Assembly (NCBI GenBank): GCA_001787005.1
Contig: MFUV01000005.1
Coordinates: 2,764-66,763, forward strand
DNA length: 64,000 nt
Source: Candidatus Nomurabacteria bacterium RIFCSPLOWO2_01_FULL_39_18
GTDB lineage: Bacteria > Patescibacteriota > Minisyncoccia > Phycocordibacterales > UBA9973
Reading direction: 5' to 3'
Shown: positions 56,367 through 64,000 of the stretch, one piece after another
Numbering within the stretch: position 1 is the first letter of the stretch
Layout of the letters: every line of letters begins with the position of its first letter
The notes under the pieces: generated by a model
What the model saw: only the letters and a program-made list of their open reading frames with translations
Databases searched by the model: none
Told to the model about the DNA's origin: nothing
Position numbers and translations under genes: made by a program

Positions 56367-58121
56367 ATGGAATATAAATCAAAAAATGTAGTGTGCCAGA
56401 ACTGTAAAAGTAGCTTCACGATAGAGTCGGAAGATTTTAATTTTTATGAAAAACTCAAAGTTCCTCCGCCAACTTGGTGCCCACATTGTAGATTTATAAG
56501 AAGATTAACATTTATTAATCATCGCTCTCTTTATAAGCGTGTTTGTGAACACTGTAATGCATCTACAATATCTATGTATCATCCCGATACACCTATTCCC
56601 GTTTGGTGTGTAAAATGCCATATTAGTGATGCTTGGGACGCTAGAGATTATGCAAAAGAATATGATTTCTCAAAACCCTTTTTTGAGCAATTCAATGATT
56701 TAAAGATTAACGTACCTCACCGGGCACTTGACCAAAATGAAAAGAATGGCACAGGATGTGAATATTCAAATTATTGCTTTGGGTCTAAGGATACCTACTT
56801 GTCTTTTAGTGTGGGTGGTTCCGAGAATGTTAAGTATTCGGCTCATGTTTTTAAGGGGAATAAAAATTGCTTTGATAGTTTGAGTGTTAAAAACAGCGAC
56901 CGAGTTTATGAACTAGTCCAATCCAGCGGTAGTTACAATTCATCTTTTTTAATAGAGAGTGATCAATGCATTGAATCACATTTCCTTTTTGATTGCTCTA
57001 ATTGCACAAATTGTTGCCTATCTTTAAATCTTAGAAACAAGAGTAATGTTTTTAGAAATAAACAGCTTTCAAAAGAAGAATATCAAAAAGCTTTTTCCAA
57101 ACTTAAGCTTGACACATACTCTGGTCAACTAAAAGCCAAAGAAGAATTTTATAAAATTGCACAAAATGCCATCCACAGAGATGCGCACATAAAAAATTCA
57201 GTGAACACGATAGGAGATTTTATTGAGAATTCAAAAAACGTTTACCATTGTTATGGTCTCATTGGTGCTGAAAATATAAAGCATATATTTTTCGCAATGA
57301 ATATGATTAAAGATTCTCAAAACATCGCGTTTTGCGGTCTCAATGAGGAATGCTATGAATTTACTTACGGCGGACGTGACGCAAATAAAGCAATTTTTGC
57401 TATAAGTTGTGGAGGAGGATGTAAAAATATTTTTTATTGCGATAGCTGTCGTGAATGTTCTGACTGCTTCGGCTGTGTTGGTCTTAGTAAAAAACAATAC
57501 TGTATTTTAAATAAACAATACTCGAAGGAAAAGTATTTTGAAATGATTAAAAAAATACAAGCTCATATGAATAATAATCCATATATAGACAGAATCAACC
57601 GAAAATACTCCTTTGGTGAATTTTTTCCTACTGAAATTTCCCCATTTGCTTACAATGAAACTGTAGCATTTGAAGAACAACCTCTTTCCCAGAAAGAAGC
57701 CATATCTCTGGGATATAAATGGCGAGAACCGGAATTAAAATCTTATAAACCGACAATAAAAGGGGATGATATTCAAGATAGCATTAATGATGTTGCTGAT
57801 TCTATATGTAACGAGATCATTGAATGTCCCAATCAAGGCAAAGTGAAAACACAATGTACTTCTGCATACAGAATATTACCTGATGAATTGTCATTTTATC
57901 GCCAGATGAATTTACCAATCCCGAGATATTGCCCCAATTGCAGATATCATGCCCGCTTGGTCTGGAAAAACCCCTTTCGTTTTTATGAGCGAGAATGTAT
58001 GTGTGAGCTGTCGAATCACGAACATCAACAAAAGTGCTCAAATAAATTTGAAACGATATACGCGCCCGATAGGCCGGAACTAATTTATTGTAAAGAATGT
58101 TATCAAAAAGAAGTGTACTAA
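56367..58121 (+). CDS. Cys-rich CPR-family protein, paralog 2
   Basis: VCQNCK, PPPTWCPHCR, C-terminal YAPDRPELIYCKECYQKEVY. Confidence 0.85.
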   Translation: MEYKSKNVVCQNCKSSFTIESEDFNFYEKLKVPPPTWCPHCRFIRRLTFINHRSLYKRVCEHCNASTISMYHPDTPIPVWCVKCHISDAWDARDYAKEYDFSKPFFEQFNDLKINVPHRALDQNEKNGTGCEYSNYCFGSKDTYLSFSVGGSENVKYSAHVFKGNKNCFDSLSVKNSDRVYELVQSSGSYNSSFLIESDQCIESHFLFDCSNCTNCCLSLNLRNKSNVFRNKQLSKEEYQKAFSKLKLDTYSGQLKAKEEFYKIAQNAIHRDAHIKNSVNTIGDFIENSKNVYHCYGLIGAENIKHIFFAMNMIKDSQNIAFCGLNEECYEFTYGGRDANKAIFAISCGGGCKNIFYCDSCRECSDCFGCVGLSKKQYCILNKQYSKEKYFEMIKKIQAHMNNNPYIDRINRKYSFGEFFPTEISPFAYNETVAFEEQPLSQKEAISLGYKWREPELKSYKPTIKGDDIQDSINDVADSICNEIIECPNQGKVKTQCTSAYRILPDELSFYRQMNLPIPRYCPNCRYHARLVWKNPFRFYERECMCELSNHEHQQKCSNKFETIYAPDRPELIYCKECYQKEVY

Positions 58122-58163
58122 TACCCATTGTCACATTCGTACGAATAGGTAAATAGATAAAAT

Positions 58164-58649
58164 ATGATTAAATCAAAAAAAGACCAAGAAAATATTTTAA
58201 TATTGCACAATATCAGAAGCGTCGAAAATGTCGGGGCGATGTTTCGCACTGCTGATGCGGCGGGGGTGGATAAAATTTATCTGACAGGCTACACACCTTG
58301 CCCACTCGACCGTTTCGGGCGGATTCGTAAAGATTTAGCAAAGTCGGCGCTCGGCGCGGAGAAGTTTGTTGGGTGGGAACAGAGGAAAAATATTATATCT
58401 TTGATCTCAAATCTAAAAAGTTCAGGGCACCAAATTATCGCCATAGAACAGGATAAAAATTCGATTGATTACAAAAAACTGAAATTAAAATCAAGGAATG
58501 CTTTCATTGTCGGCGCAGAGGTGACAGGAATACCCAAAAATGTACTGAAGAAATGTGATGTGATTGCCGAAATCCCAATGAAGGGCAAAAAAGAATCTCT
58601 AAATGTTTCTGTGGCTCTGGGGATTGCTTTGTTTGGGATATTGCGATAA
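58164..58649 (+). CDS. TrmH/SpoU family RNA methyltransferase
   Basis: HNIRSVENVGAMFRTAD, GAEVTGI, IPMKGKKESLNVS. Confidence 0.92.
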   Translation: MIKSKKDQENILILHNIRSVENVGAMFRTADAAGVDKIYLTGYTPCPLDRFGRIRKDLAKSALGAEKFVGWEQRKNIISLISNLKSSGHQIIAIEQDKNSIDYKKLKLKSRNAFIVGAEVTGIPKNVLKKCDVIAEIPMKGKKESLNVSVALGIALFGILR

Positions 58650-58687
58650 TTTTGACAAAAATTTAGTTTTTGTAATAATACATCTAT

Positions 58688-59362
58688 ATGTCAATGGAAA
58701 CGAAAGGAACACCTCCTCTGGATCCAATGCTTGCTGGTCTGGTAGAACTTTATCGTAATAGAAACCGTAATATAAACAACGAAAAATGGTTAGCCATTCC
58801 TGACCGTAATTTGCTTAAATGTGCGATAGAATTGGATTTAGATTATAATGAAATAGAAGGGAAAAAGGTTTTAGATATCGGCTCTAGGTTGTTAAGAGAG
58901 AAATTTTCGATACAAGCTAAAAAACAATTACAAGCGGAGGTTTTTTCTGTTAATCCTGCATTGAAGGGATGGATTTATAGAAAAATACTTAAATTTAAAA
59001 ATCCTGGCTGGCAGAGAAAATCAATTGCCGCCACTGGGGGGAAGCTACCATTTATTGATAATTATTTTGATACAGCGATCTCATCATCGGAAATTACGGT
59101 TTTTTACCCAGAAGGAGAACAGCGCCTTCAAGCAATCAAAGAAATTATTAGAACTCTAAAACCAGGTGGAAGATTACACATGGCTCCGCGAGGGATAGAA
59201 AGTATTTCTGGTAATCCTGTAAGTGTGGAAAAAGTACTGGGCGAAGATTTTGTAGATTGGCTAATTGAAAATAATCACACGCTAGAAAGTGACGGAGATC
59301 CTAAAAGTGGCGGGTACGGTCCAATTATTATTAAAAAAAATCCGAACCAAACAGAGAAATAG
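58688..59362 (+). CDS. Class I SAM-dependent methyltransferase-like protein
   Basis: KVLDIGS, LPFIDNYFD, RTLKPGG. Confidence 0.8.
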   Translation: MSMETKGTPPLDPMLAGLVELYRNRNRNINNEKWLAIPDRNLLKCAIELDLDYNEIEGKKVLDIGSRLLREKFSIQAKKQLQAEVFSVNPALKGWIYRKILKFKNPGWQRKSIAATGGKLPFIDNYFDTAISSSEITVFYPEGEQRLQAIKEIIRTLKPGGRLHMAPRGIESISGNPVSVEKVLGEDFVDWLIENNHTLESDGDPKSGGYGPIIIKKNPNQTEK

Positions 59363-59377
59363 GATTTGTTGAAAATT

Positions 59378-60277
59378 TTATCTCTGGCAACGAGAACAAA
59401 AAATAGTTGTGCGACCACCTATAATTATTTTTTGAAGTGGTTTGCCACAGGTAATGCACATTTTGCCTGCCTTACCGTAGACTTTATGCTCTCTTGCATA
59501 ATTACCTCTCGTGTTGTCGAGAAGCCTGTAAGTAGCAACGGAAGAACCACCAACTTTAATTGCGCGTTCCATAATTCTTTTTATTGCTTTATACAGTTTT
59601 TCAATTTCTGATTTAGATAAAGAAGAGGCCCTACGGTCTGGGCGTATTCTTGCTTCAAAGAGACTTTCGTCCACATAAATATTCCCCAGCCCTGTCACTA
59701 TTTTTTGATCCATCAAAACTGATTTGATTTTTCCATTCTTTTCTTTTAGAGAGTCCCAAAAATATTTAGAAGTAAAGTTTTTTGCCAGAGGCTCTAAGCC
59801 ATAAGAAGCAAAATAATTTTCAGCATCTAACGCACCCTCATTTTTATAGTAGAGTAGATAGCCAAACATGCGTGTGTCGTTGTAGTAGAGAGTTCCTCGC
59901 TCAAGCTCGAAAATAATATGGCTGTGTTTGTTAGGTAGTTTGTATTCCGAAACCTCAATAGGGTGCCCGCCCATTACGGTTTTTCTTTTATTCTTGTCTT
60001 TATAAACAAACTGGCCGGACATCTTCAAGTGAGCCAGAATTATTTTTCCATGACTTAATTTAAAAATAAGATTTTTTGCTCTGCGTTCAACGCCGACAAA
60101 GTGCTCACCCCGTATTCCTTTTATGAATTCAACCCTCTTGGGCAGGGATGCGATGCGCTTGGTTCCTTTTCCAGAAATTAGTTTTGGTTTTTGAACTGTA
60201 ACTTTGCGAATTATTTGACCGACAATGGTGCTCATGAGTCCTAGACGCAAATTTTCAACTTCTGGTAATTCCGGCAT
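59378..60277 (-). CDS. mutM: Formamidopyrimidine-DNA glycosylase
   Basis: MPELPEVE, HLKMSG, GLGNIYVDE, C-terminal Zn finger. Confidence 0.96.
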   Translation of the reverse strand: MPELPEVENLRLGLMSTIVGQIIRKVTVQKPKLISGKGTKRIASLPKRVEFIKGIRGEHFVGVERRAKNLIFKLSHGKIILAHLKMSGQFVYKDKNKRKTVMGGHPIEVSEYKLPNKHSHIIFELERGTLYYNDTRMFGYLLYYKNEGALDAENYFASYGLEPLAKNFTSKYFWDSLKEKNGKIKSVLMDQKIVTGLGNIYVDESLFEARIRPDRRASSLSKSEIEKLYKAIKRIMERAIKVGGSSVATYRLLDNTRGNYAREHKVYGKAGKMCITCGKPLQKIIIGGRTTIFCSRCQR

Positions 60278-60290
60278 ATATTTAGATAAA

Positions 60291-60392
60291 CATACGAATA
60301 TGCGAATAATGCAAATCTGCGAATGGATGCGAATGAGTCTTGTTTAACATACGAATTAGCGAATAATACTAATCTACGAATGAATACGAATA
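60291..60392. repeat. Degenerate short tandem repeats (T(A/G)CGAAT) 3' of the GxxExxY gene
   Basis: tacgaat, tgcgaat, tgcaaat, agcgaat units; inverse units (attcgt/attcgc) at 60743-60786. Confidence 0.8.
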
Positions 60393-60763
60393 ATTCTAGA
60401 TGGTTTTAGATATTTATTTCGAAAATTTATCAACAAACCTAAATCCAATTTAGTTTGTTGCAAATAGTTTTGTATTTGTCTATAGTGCCCCCTGGTTAAA
60501 ACCCTTACTGCTTTTAGTTCTAATATTATTTTTTTATCTACGACAAAATCTAAAATATTTCCACCATCTCCAATACCTACTTCTCTTTCATAAGGCAAAC
60601 TAGATTCTTTTAATTTTTCTTCTATCAAGTTACCGTATTGTTTTTCCTTTGCATACGGGCCTAGTTCGTTATGAACACTAAACAATAATCCAGTAATTTG
60701 GTAGGATAATTCAGGATACAAAACTTTTTCACCAACTTTATTATTCGTAGACATTCGCATCAT
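60374..60763 (-). CDS. GxxExxY protein (PD-(D/E)xK-like)
   Basis: VHNELGPYAKEKQY, DFVVDKKIILELK, QIQNYL, GLLINF. Confidence 0.92.
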   Translation of the reverse strand: MMRMSTNNKVGEKVLYPELSYQITGLLFSVHNELGPYAKEKQYGNLIEEKLKESSLPYEREVGIGDGGNILDFVVDKKIILELKAVRVLTRGHYRQIQNYLQQTKLDLGLLINFRNKYLKPSRIIRIHS

Positions 60764-60785
60764 TCGTTACATTAGTAGTTTCGCA

Positions 60786-61364
60786 TCATTTCATTGCAAG
60801 TATTTTCAGCGCTTCACGAATTTTCGCGTTTGTGTTTCCTTCATGGGAGACCTTCTTCATTGCTTCCCGAGCTTCATTTTGAGAATAGCCCAGAGACTTC
60901 AATGCCTCTAACACATCAAGCTCTCCCTGCAGGGAACCGCCCTCCTTCTCTCCCTTCATTTTCTCCGAGATTTTGTCGCGCAATTCGAGGATAATTTTCT
61001 CTGCTGTTTTTTTGCCGATGCCGGAAATTTTCGTCAGATATGCTGTGTCACCTGTGCCCACAGCCCTCTTCAATGTTTCAATCGTCGTAACTCCCAAAAT
61101 AGCGATTGCCCCTTTTGGCCCAATGCCAGAGACATTAATCAGCATTTCAAAGAATTCCAGTTCTGGATATTCTAGGAATCCATATAAATCTAAGACATCC
61201 TCGCGGACATGGGTATGAATAAACAGAAAAATTTCGGCATCTGTTTTGTGAGTTTTAGAAAGTCCGTCAGGCAGGATACTGATTTTATATCCCACGCCCC
61301 CCGCCTCAACGATCAAGAATTTCTCCTTTTTAAGTATTATTTTCCCTCTGATACTTCCGATCAT
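60786..61364 (-). CDS. ruvA: Holliday junction DNA-binding protein RuvA
   Basis: MIGSIRG, GVGY, LYGF, VSGIGPK, GIGKKTAEKI. Confidence 0.96.
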   Translation of the reverse strand: MIGSIRGKIILKKEKFLIVEAGGVGYKISILPDGLSKTHKTDAEIFLFIHTHVREDVLDLYGFLEYPELEFFEMLINVSGIGPKGAIAILGVTTIETLKRAVGTGDTAYLTKISGIGKKTAEKIILELRDKISEKMKGEKEGGSLQGELDVLEALKSLGYSQNEAREAMKKVSHEGNTNAKIREALKILAMK

Positions 61365-61437
61365 GAATTAATAATAGCATATCATGCCAAAGAACAGACA
61401 ATTTGCGTTTTATAGTTATTTTTGATATGTTTACACC

Positions 61438-61689
61438 ATGCCAATTACGCAATCAGCTAAAAAAGCAGTCAGAGGGTCTCTCCGCAAGAAGGCTTTTAAT
61501 GATGCTCGCAAGAAGTCGATGAAGGAGATAATGAAGAAAATTGAGAAATTGTCCAAAACAGACAAGGCTAAAGCAGCCGAAATGCTTCCAAGCGCATTCA
61601 AGGCGATAGATAAGGCCGCACAGAAGGGTGTGATCAAAAAGAACAATGCTGCTCGCAAGAAATCCCGCTTGTCACGAATATTGAAATAA
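61438..61689 (+). CDS. rpsT: 30S ribosomal protein S20
   Basis: MPITQSAKK...IDKAAQKGVIKKNNAARKKSRL. Confidence 0.96.
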   Translation: MPITQSAKKAVRGSLRKKAFNDARKKSMKEIMKKIEKLSKTDKAKAAEMLPSAFKAIDKAAQKGVIKKNNAARKKSRLSRILK

Positions 61690-61694
61690 TTTCC

Positions 61695-61795
61695 AGAGAA
61701 ATCTTTTCTAAAAGGGTACGGATTTTTTGAAGCTAAAAAAATCCTGAAGTTCTCGGCTCGTCAGCCTCGAAACCCCCTTTTAGTAAAATTTCTCT
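61695..61795. repeat. IR element with core related to 40896-40951
   Basis: agagaaatcttttctaaaaggg / cccttttagtaaaatttctct arms; core acggattttttgaagctaaaaaaatcct. Confidence 0.7.
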
Positions 61796-61808
61796 TTCAA
61801 TTAAAAAC

Positions 61809-62069
61809 ATGAGTCATTTATTAGAATTTTATGGAACCGAATGCCCGCATTGCGAGCGGATGCATGAGCTCGTGGAGAGATTAGAGAAGGAGGAGGGGGT
61901 CAAGGTGGAGAGTTTAGAAGTCTGGCATAATAAAGAAAATGAAAAGCGCCTCTTGGAACTCGACAAGGATTTCTGCGGTGGTGTGCCTTTTTTCTATAAT
62001 ACAAAAACTGACAAGTGGATTTGCGGGGAAGATAGCTACAAGGCGTTGAAGGAGTGGGCCAAGGATTAG
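61809..62069 (+). CDS. Thioredoxin/glutaredoxin-like protein
   Basis: CPHC, GGVPFF. Confidence 0.88.
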   Translation: MSHLLEFYGTECPHCERMHELVERLEKEEGVKVESLEVWHNKENEKRLLELDKDFCGGVPFFYNTKTDKWICGEDSYKALKEWAKD

Positions 62070-62073
62070 GCAG

Positions 62074-62109
62074 AAAAACAAAAACACCCGATAAGGGTGT
62101 TTTTGTTTT
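62074..62109. terminator. Bidirectional terminator
   Basis: aaaacaaaaacaccc-gataa-gggtgtttttgtttt. Confidence 0.8.
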
Positions 62110-62161
62110 AAGAGAATGTCCCGACTCTAGTGAGTCGTGGATCCTCGATCTTATGTCGGGA

Positions 62162-62371
62162 TTATGCTCGTTGCACGTTTACCGCATTCAATCTTTTTTC
62201 ACCGTTCTTTTCAGTTTCTTCTGTCTCAAAAGAAAGTGTATCACCTTCTTTTAATTCATCGAAGCTTACTCCAACAAGGGAATTGGTGTGAAAGAATACA
62301 TCTTTCACAAGTTCTTCTGCGGTGATGAAGCCGAAACCTTTATCAGTGAGTCTTTTTATTGTACCAGTCAT
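62162..62371 (-). CDS. Cold-shock protein
   Basis: KGFGFI, DVFFH. Confidence 0.93.
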   Translation of the reverse strand: MTGTIKRLTDKGFGFITAEELVKDVFFHTNSLVGVSFDELKEGDTLSFETEETEKNGEKRLNAVNVQRA

Positions 62372-62493
62372 TGATTTTGATTTTTAAATTAGATTTTTAA
62401 ATTACAAATAGATAAAATTAAGAAATCGACTCTTTTCGCACCTACTTTGTCTTTTAAGTATAGCACACTTGATGTCTTTTTGTCAAGCCTTTT

Positions 62494-63525
62494 TTATTTT
62501 TGAGATTTGGAAGAATGATCCCAAATGTATTTGAATAGCATCACAGCCATCAAGACAAGAATAAGAAGCAGAAGCCACCCCAGAAGGCTTCCTGGCAGAA
62601 AGCCAGCTCCATAGACATTTGCTCCGATGGGAGACGTTCTAGTTGTCTCTGGTTGATCCTCCACAGAATTATCTTTTTTTTCATTTTCCTCAACTGCTGT
62701 GGCAGGAGCGGGGATTTCCACTATCACAGGTTCCCGGATAATAATTGTATTTACATTTTGTTCTACAGTGCCTTCATTTGTAACAAAACTCAAAACCGAG
62801 CCATAATTTCTCCAATAAGAATTCTCTGCCACCGCGCGGAAGTAATAAATTCTCCCAGGCGTAAGCCCCAAGAGAGTATGAGCGTGTCTTACAGCTGGAA
62901 GCGATCCGACCGACATCTCCGCAGTTCTATTGCCTAGACTTGGAGTTGTGCCCCATTCAAACCACGCATTAGTAGGACTATCTACCGAACTTATAATGAG
63001 AGAATTAAGCTGTGCGCTAGTGTTCCCCACCTCTGTTGCGCCATCGGTGATAGCTGTTAAATCATCCGAAGTTATTCGCCCATCATTATTTGAATAATAG
63101 TAATCATCTTCATCATAATAAAAATTTGAATACCTGTCCGTTCTAAATGAAAGAATACTTCCGCGATCGATGCCCTCGTCATTTTCGGCAATAGCGCGGA
63201 AATAATAAGTAGTATTTTCACGAAGTCCTGTAATCCGGATGTCGAAGTTTTTTGTTCCCGAGCCAATCACTACGTCAAAGGTGGAATCATCCAGGTCTCT
63301 ATCTCTACCCCATTCAAACCAAGCGTAAGTATAAGCGCCGTTTCCATCTACTCGTCCATTCAAGACGGCGCTCTCATCGGTGACATTAGTTGCACTTCTA
63401 GTCGTTGTGTCTGGCTCATCAGCCGCTTTAGCCACTATAGGGAAAGATAAAACACCCAAAAAGGTCATAAAAAGCATGGCTGAAATAAAAAAGTTTCCGG
63501 CAGATTTAATTAGTTTACTAACCAT
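62494..63525 (-). CDS. Surface protein with two FN3-like repeats and C-terminal TM anchor
   Basis: Signal peptide; AWFEWG...GL...YYFRA twice; C-terminal TM. Confidence 0.8.
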   Translation of the reverse strand: MVSKLIKSAGNFFISAMLFMTFLGVLSFPIVAKAADEPDTTTRSATNVTDESAVLNGRVDGNGAYTYAWFEWGRDRDLDDSTFDVVIGSGTKNFDIRITGLRENTTYYFRAIAENDEGIDRGSILSFRTDRYSNFYYDEDDYYYSNNDGRITSDDLTAITDGATEVGNTSAQLNSLIISSVDSPTNAWFEWGTTPSLGNRTAEMSVGSLPAVRHAHTLLGLTPGRIYYFRAVAENSYWRNYGSVLSFVTNEGTVEQNVNTIIIREPVIVEIPAPATAVEENEKKDNSVEDQPETTRTSPIGANVYGAGFLPGSLLGWLLLLILVLMAVMLFKYIWDHSSKSQK

Positions 63526-63564
63526 TCTTGTATTATATCACCTTATGACATAAAAGTCAAATTC

Positions 63565-63640
63565 TGGTGCGCGCTGAGGGGCTCGAACCCCCGACCTTTC
63601 GCGTGTAAAGCGATTGCTCTACCAACTGAGCTAAGCGCGC
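63565..63640 (-). tRNA. tRNA-Val(TAC)
   Basis: gcgcgcttagctcagttggtagagcaatcgctt-tac-acgcgaaaggtcgggggttcgagcccctcagcgcgcacca. Confidence 0.96.
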
Positions 63641-63662
63641 AGACAAATTCAAATTACCATTT

Positions 63663-63971
63663 TTACAATGATGGGTCAATTATGGGCGAGGGAGAATTTA
63701 AAATACTTTCGGATTTATTTTTTCGATCAGAAAAATATTCCAATGCTTTGTCGATTCTTTCTTTGCTGATTGTTTCAGCTTGCTTATGGGTGTTTTCGGC
63801 TGATGAGATAAACTCTTTGTTTATTTTCCTGAAAAGCAAAAAGCCAAAAACGAAAGATCCAAGGATTAAAAAGAAAGTTATTCCCTGAATGACATTCCAA
63901 TAAATACTCGGATTCGTGTGGAAGCCCCCCTTGGTGAATTTTTTCTTAATTTTAAAAATTTTTATTTCCAT
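63663..63971 (-). CDS. Single-TM hypothetical protein
   Basis: One TM; C-terminal PIIDPSL. Confidence 0.7.
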   Translation of the reverse strand: MEIKIFKIKKKFTKGGFHTNPSIYWNVIQGITFFLILGSFVFGFLLFRKINKEFISSAENTHKQAETISKERIDKALEYFSDRKNKSESILNSPSPIIDPSL

Positions 63972-64000
63972 AATTTAATTTTATTGGATAAAGTTCACAA

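Noticed and set aside
27870-58121. Diversity-generating retroelement acting on the Cys-rich paralogs
   Set aside because: No reverse transcriptase and no near-identical template/variable repeat pair visible in this window.
60291-60392. Possible CRISPR array
   Set aside because: Units are 6-9 nt and degenerate with no unique spacers, and there are no cas genes in the window.

Overview
64 kb around the replication origin (jag-yidC-yidD-rnpA-rpmH <- oriC -> dnaA-dnaN) of an AT-rich, small-genome bacterium. Gene content and style strongly suggest Patescibacteria/CPR (Parcubacteria, Nomurabacteria-like); this is inferred, not looked up. Housekeeping and repair genes include pcrA, rsmA, PBP1A, tyrS, ruvA/B/C, pilB, polA, holA, uvrB/A/C, mutM, rpsT and two tRNAs. 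Accessory content: a chromosomal VirB4/PrgI/VirB6/VirB2 type IV secretion-like cluster preceded by three orphan proteins (two sharing a repeated domain), two TA modules, two Cys-rich paralogs, a RAYT-like HUH transposase with its own REP-like repeats, a GxxExxY gene in short repeats, and a GIY-YIG nuclease lying between tRNA-Lys and a duplicated 5' part of it. The most striking signal is a dense set of several families of tiny GC-rich palindromic elements. They sit in-frame inside core genes (uvrA, uvrB, uvrC, ruvB, holA, rsmA, pcrA, jag), abut start codons or form promoters for others, and in at least two cases have arms that are inverted copies of adjacent host sequence. All calls were made by eye from motifs; no searches were run.
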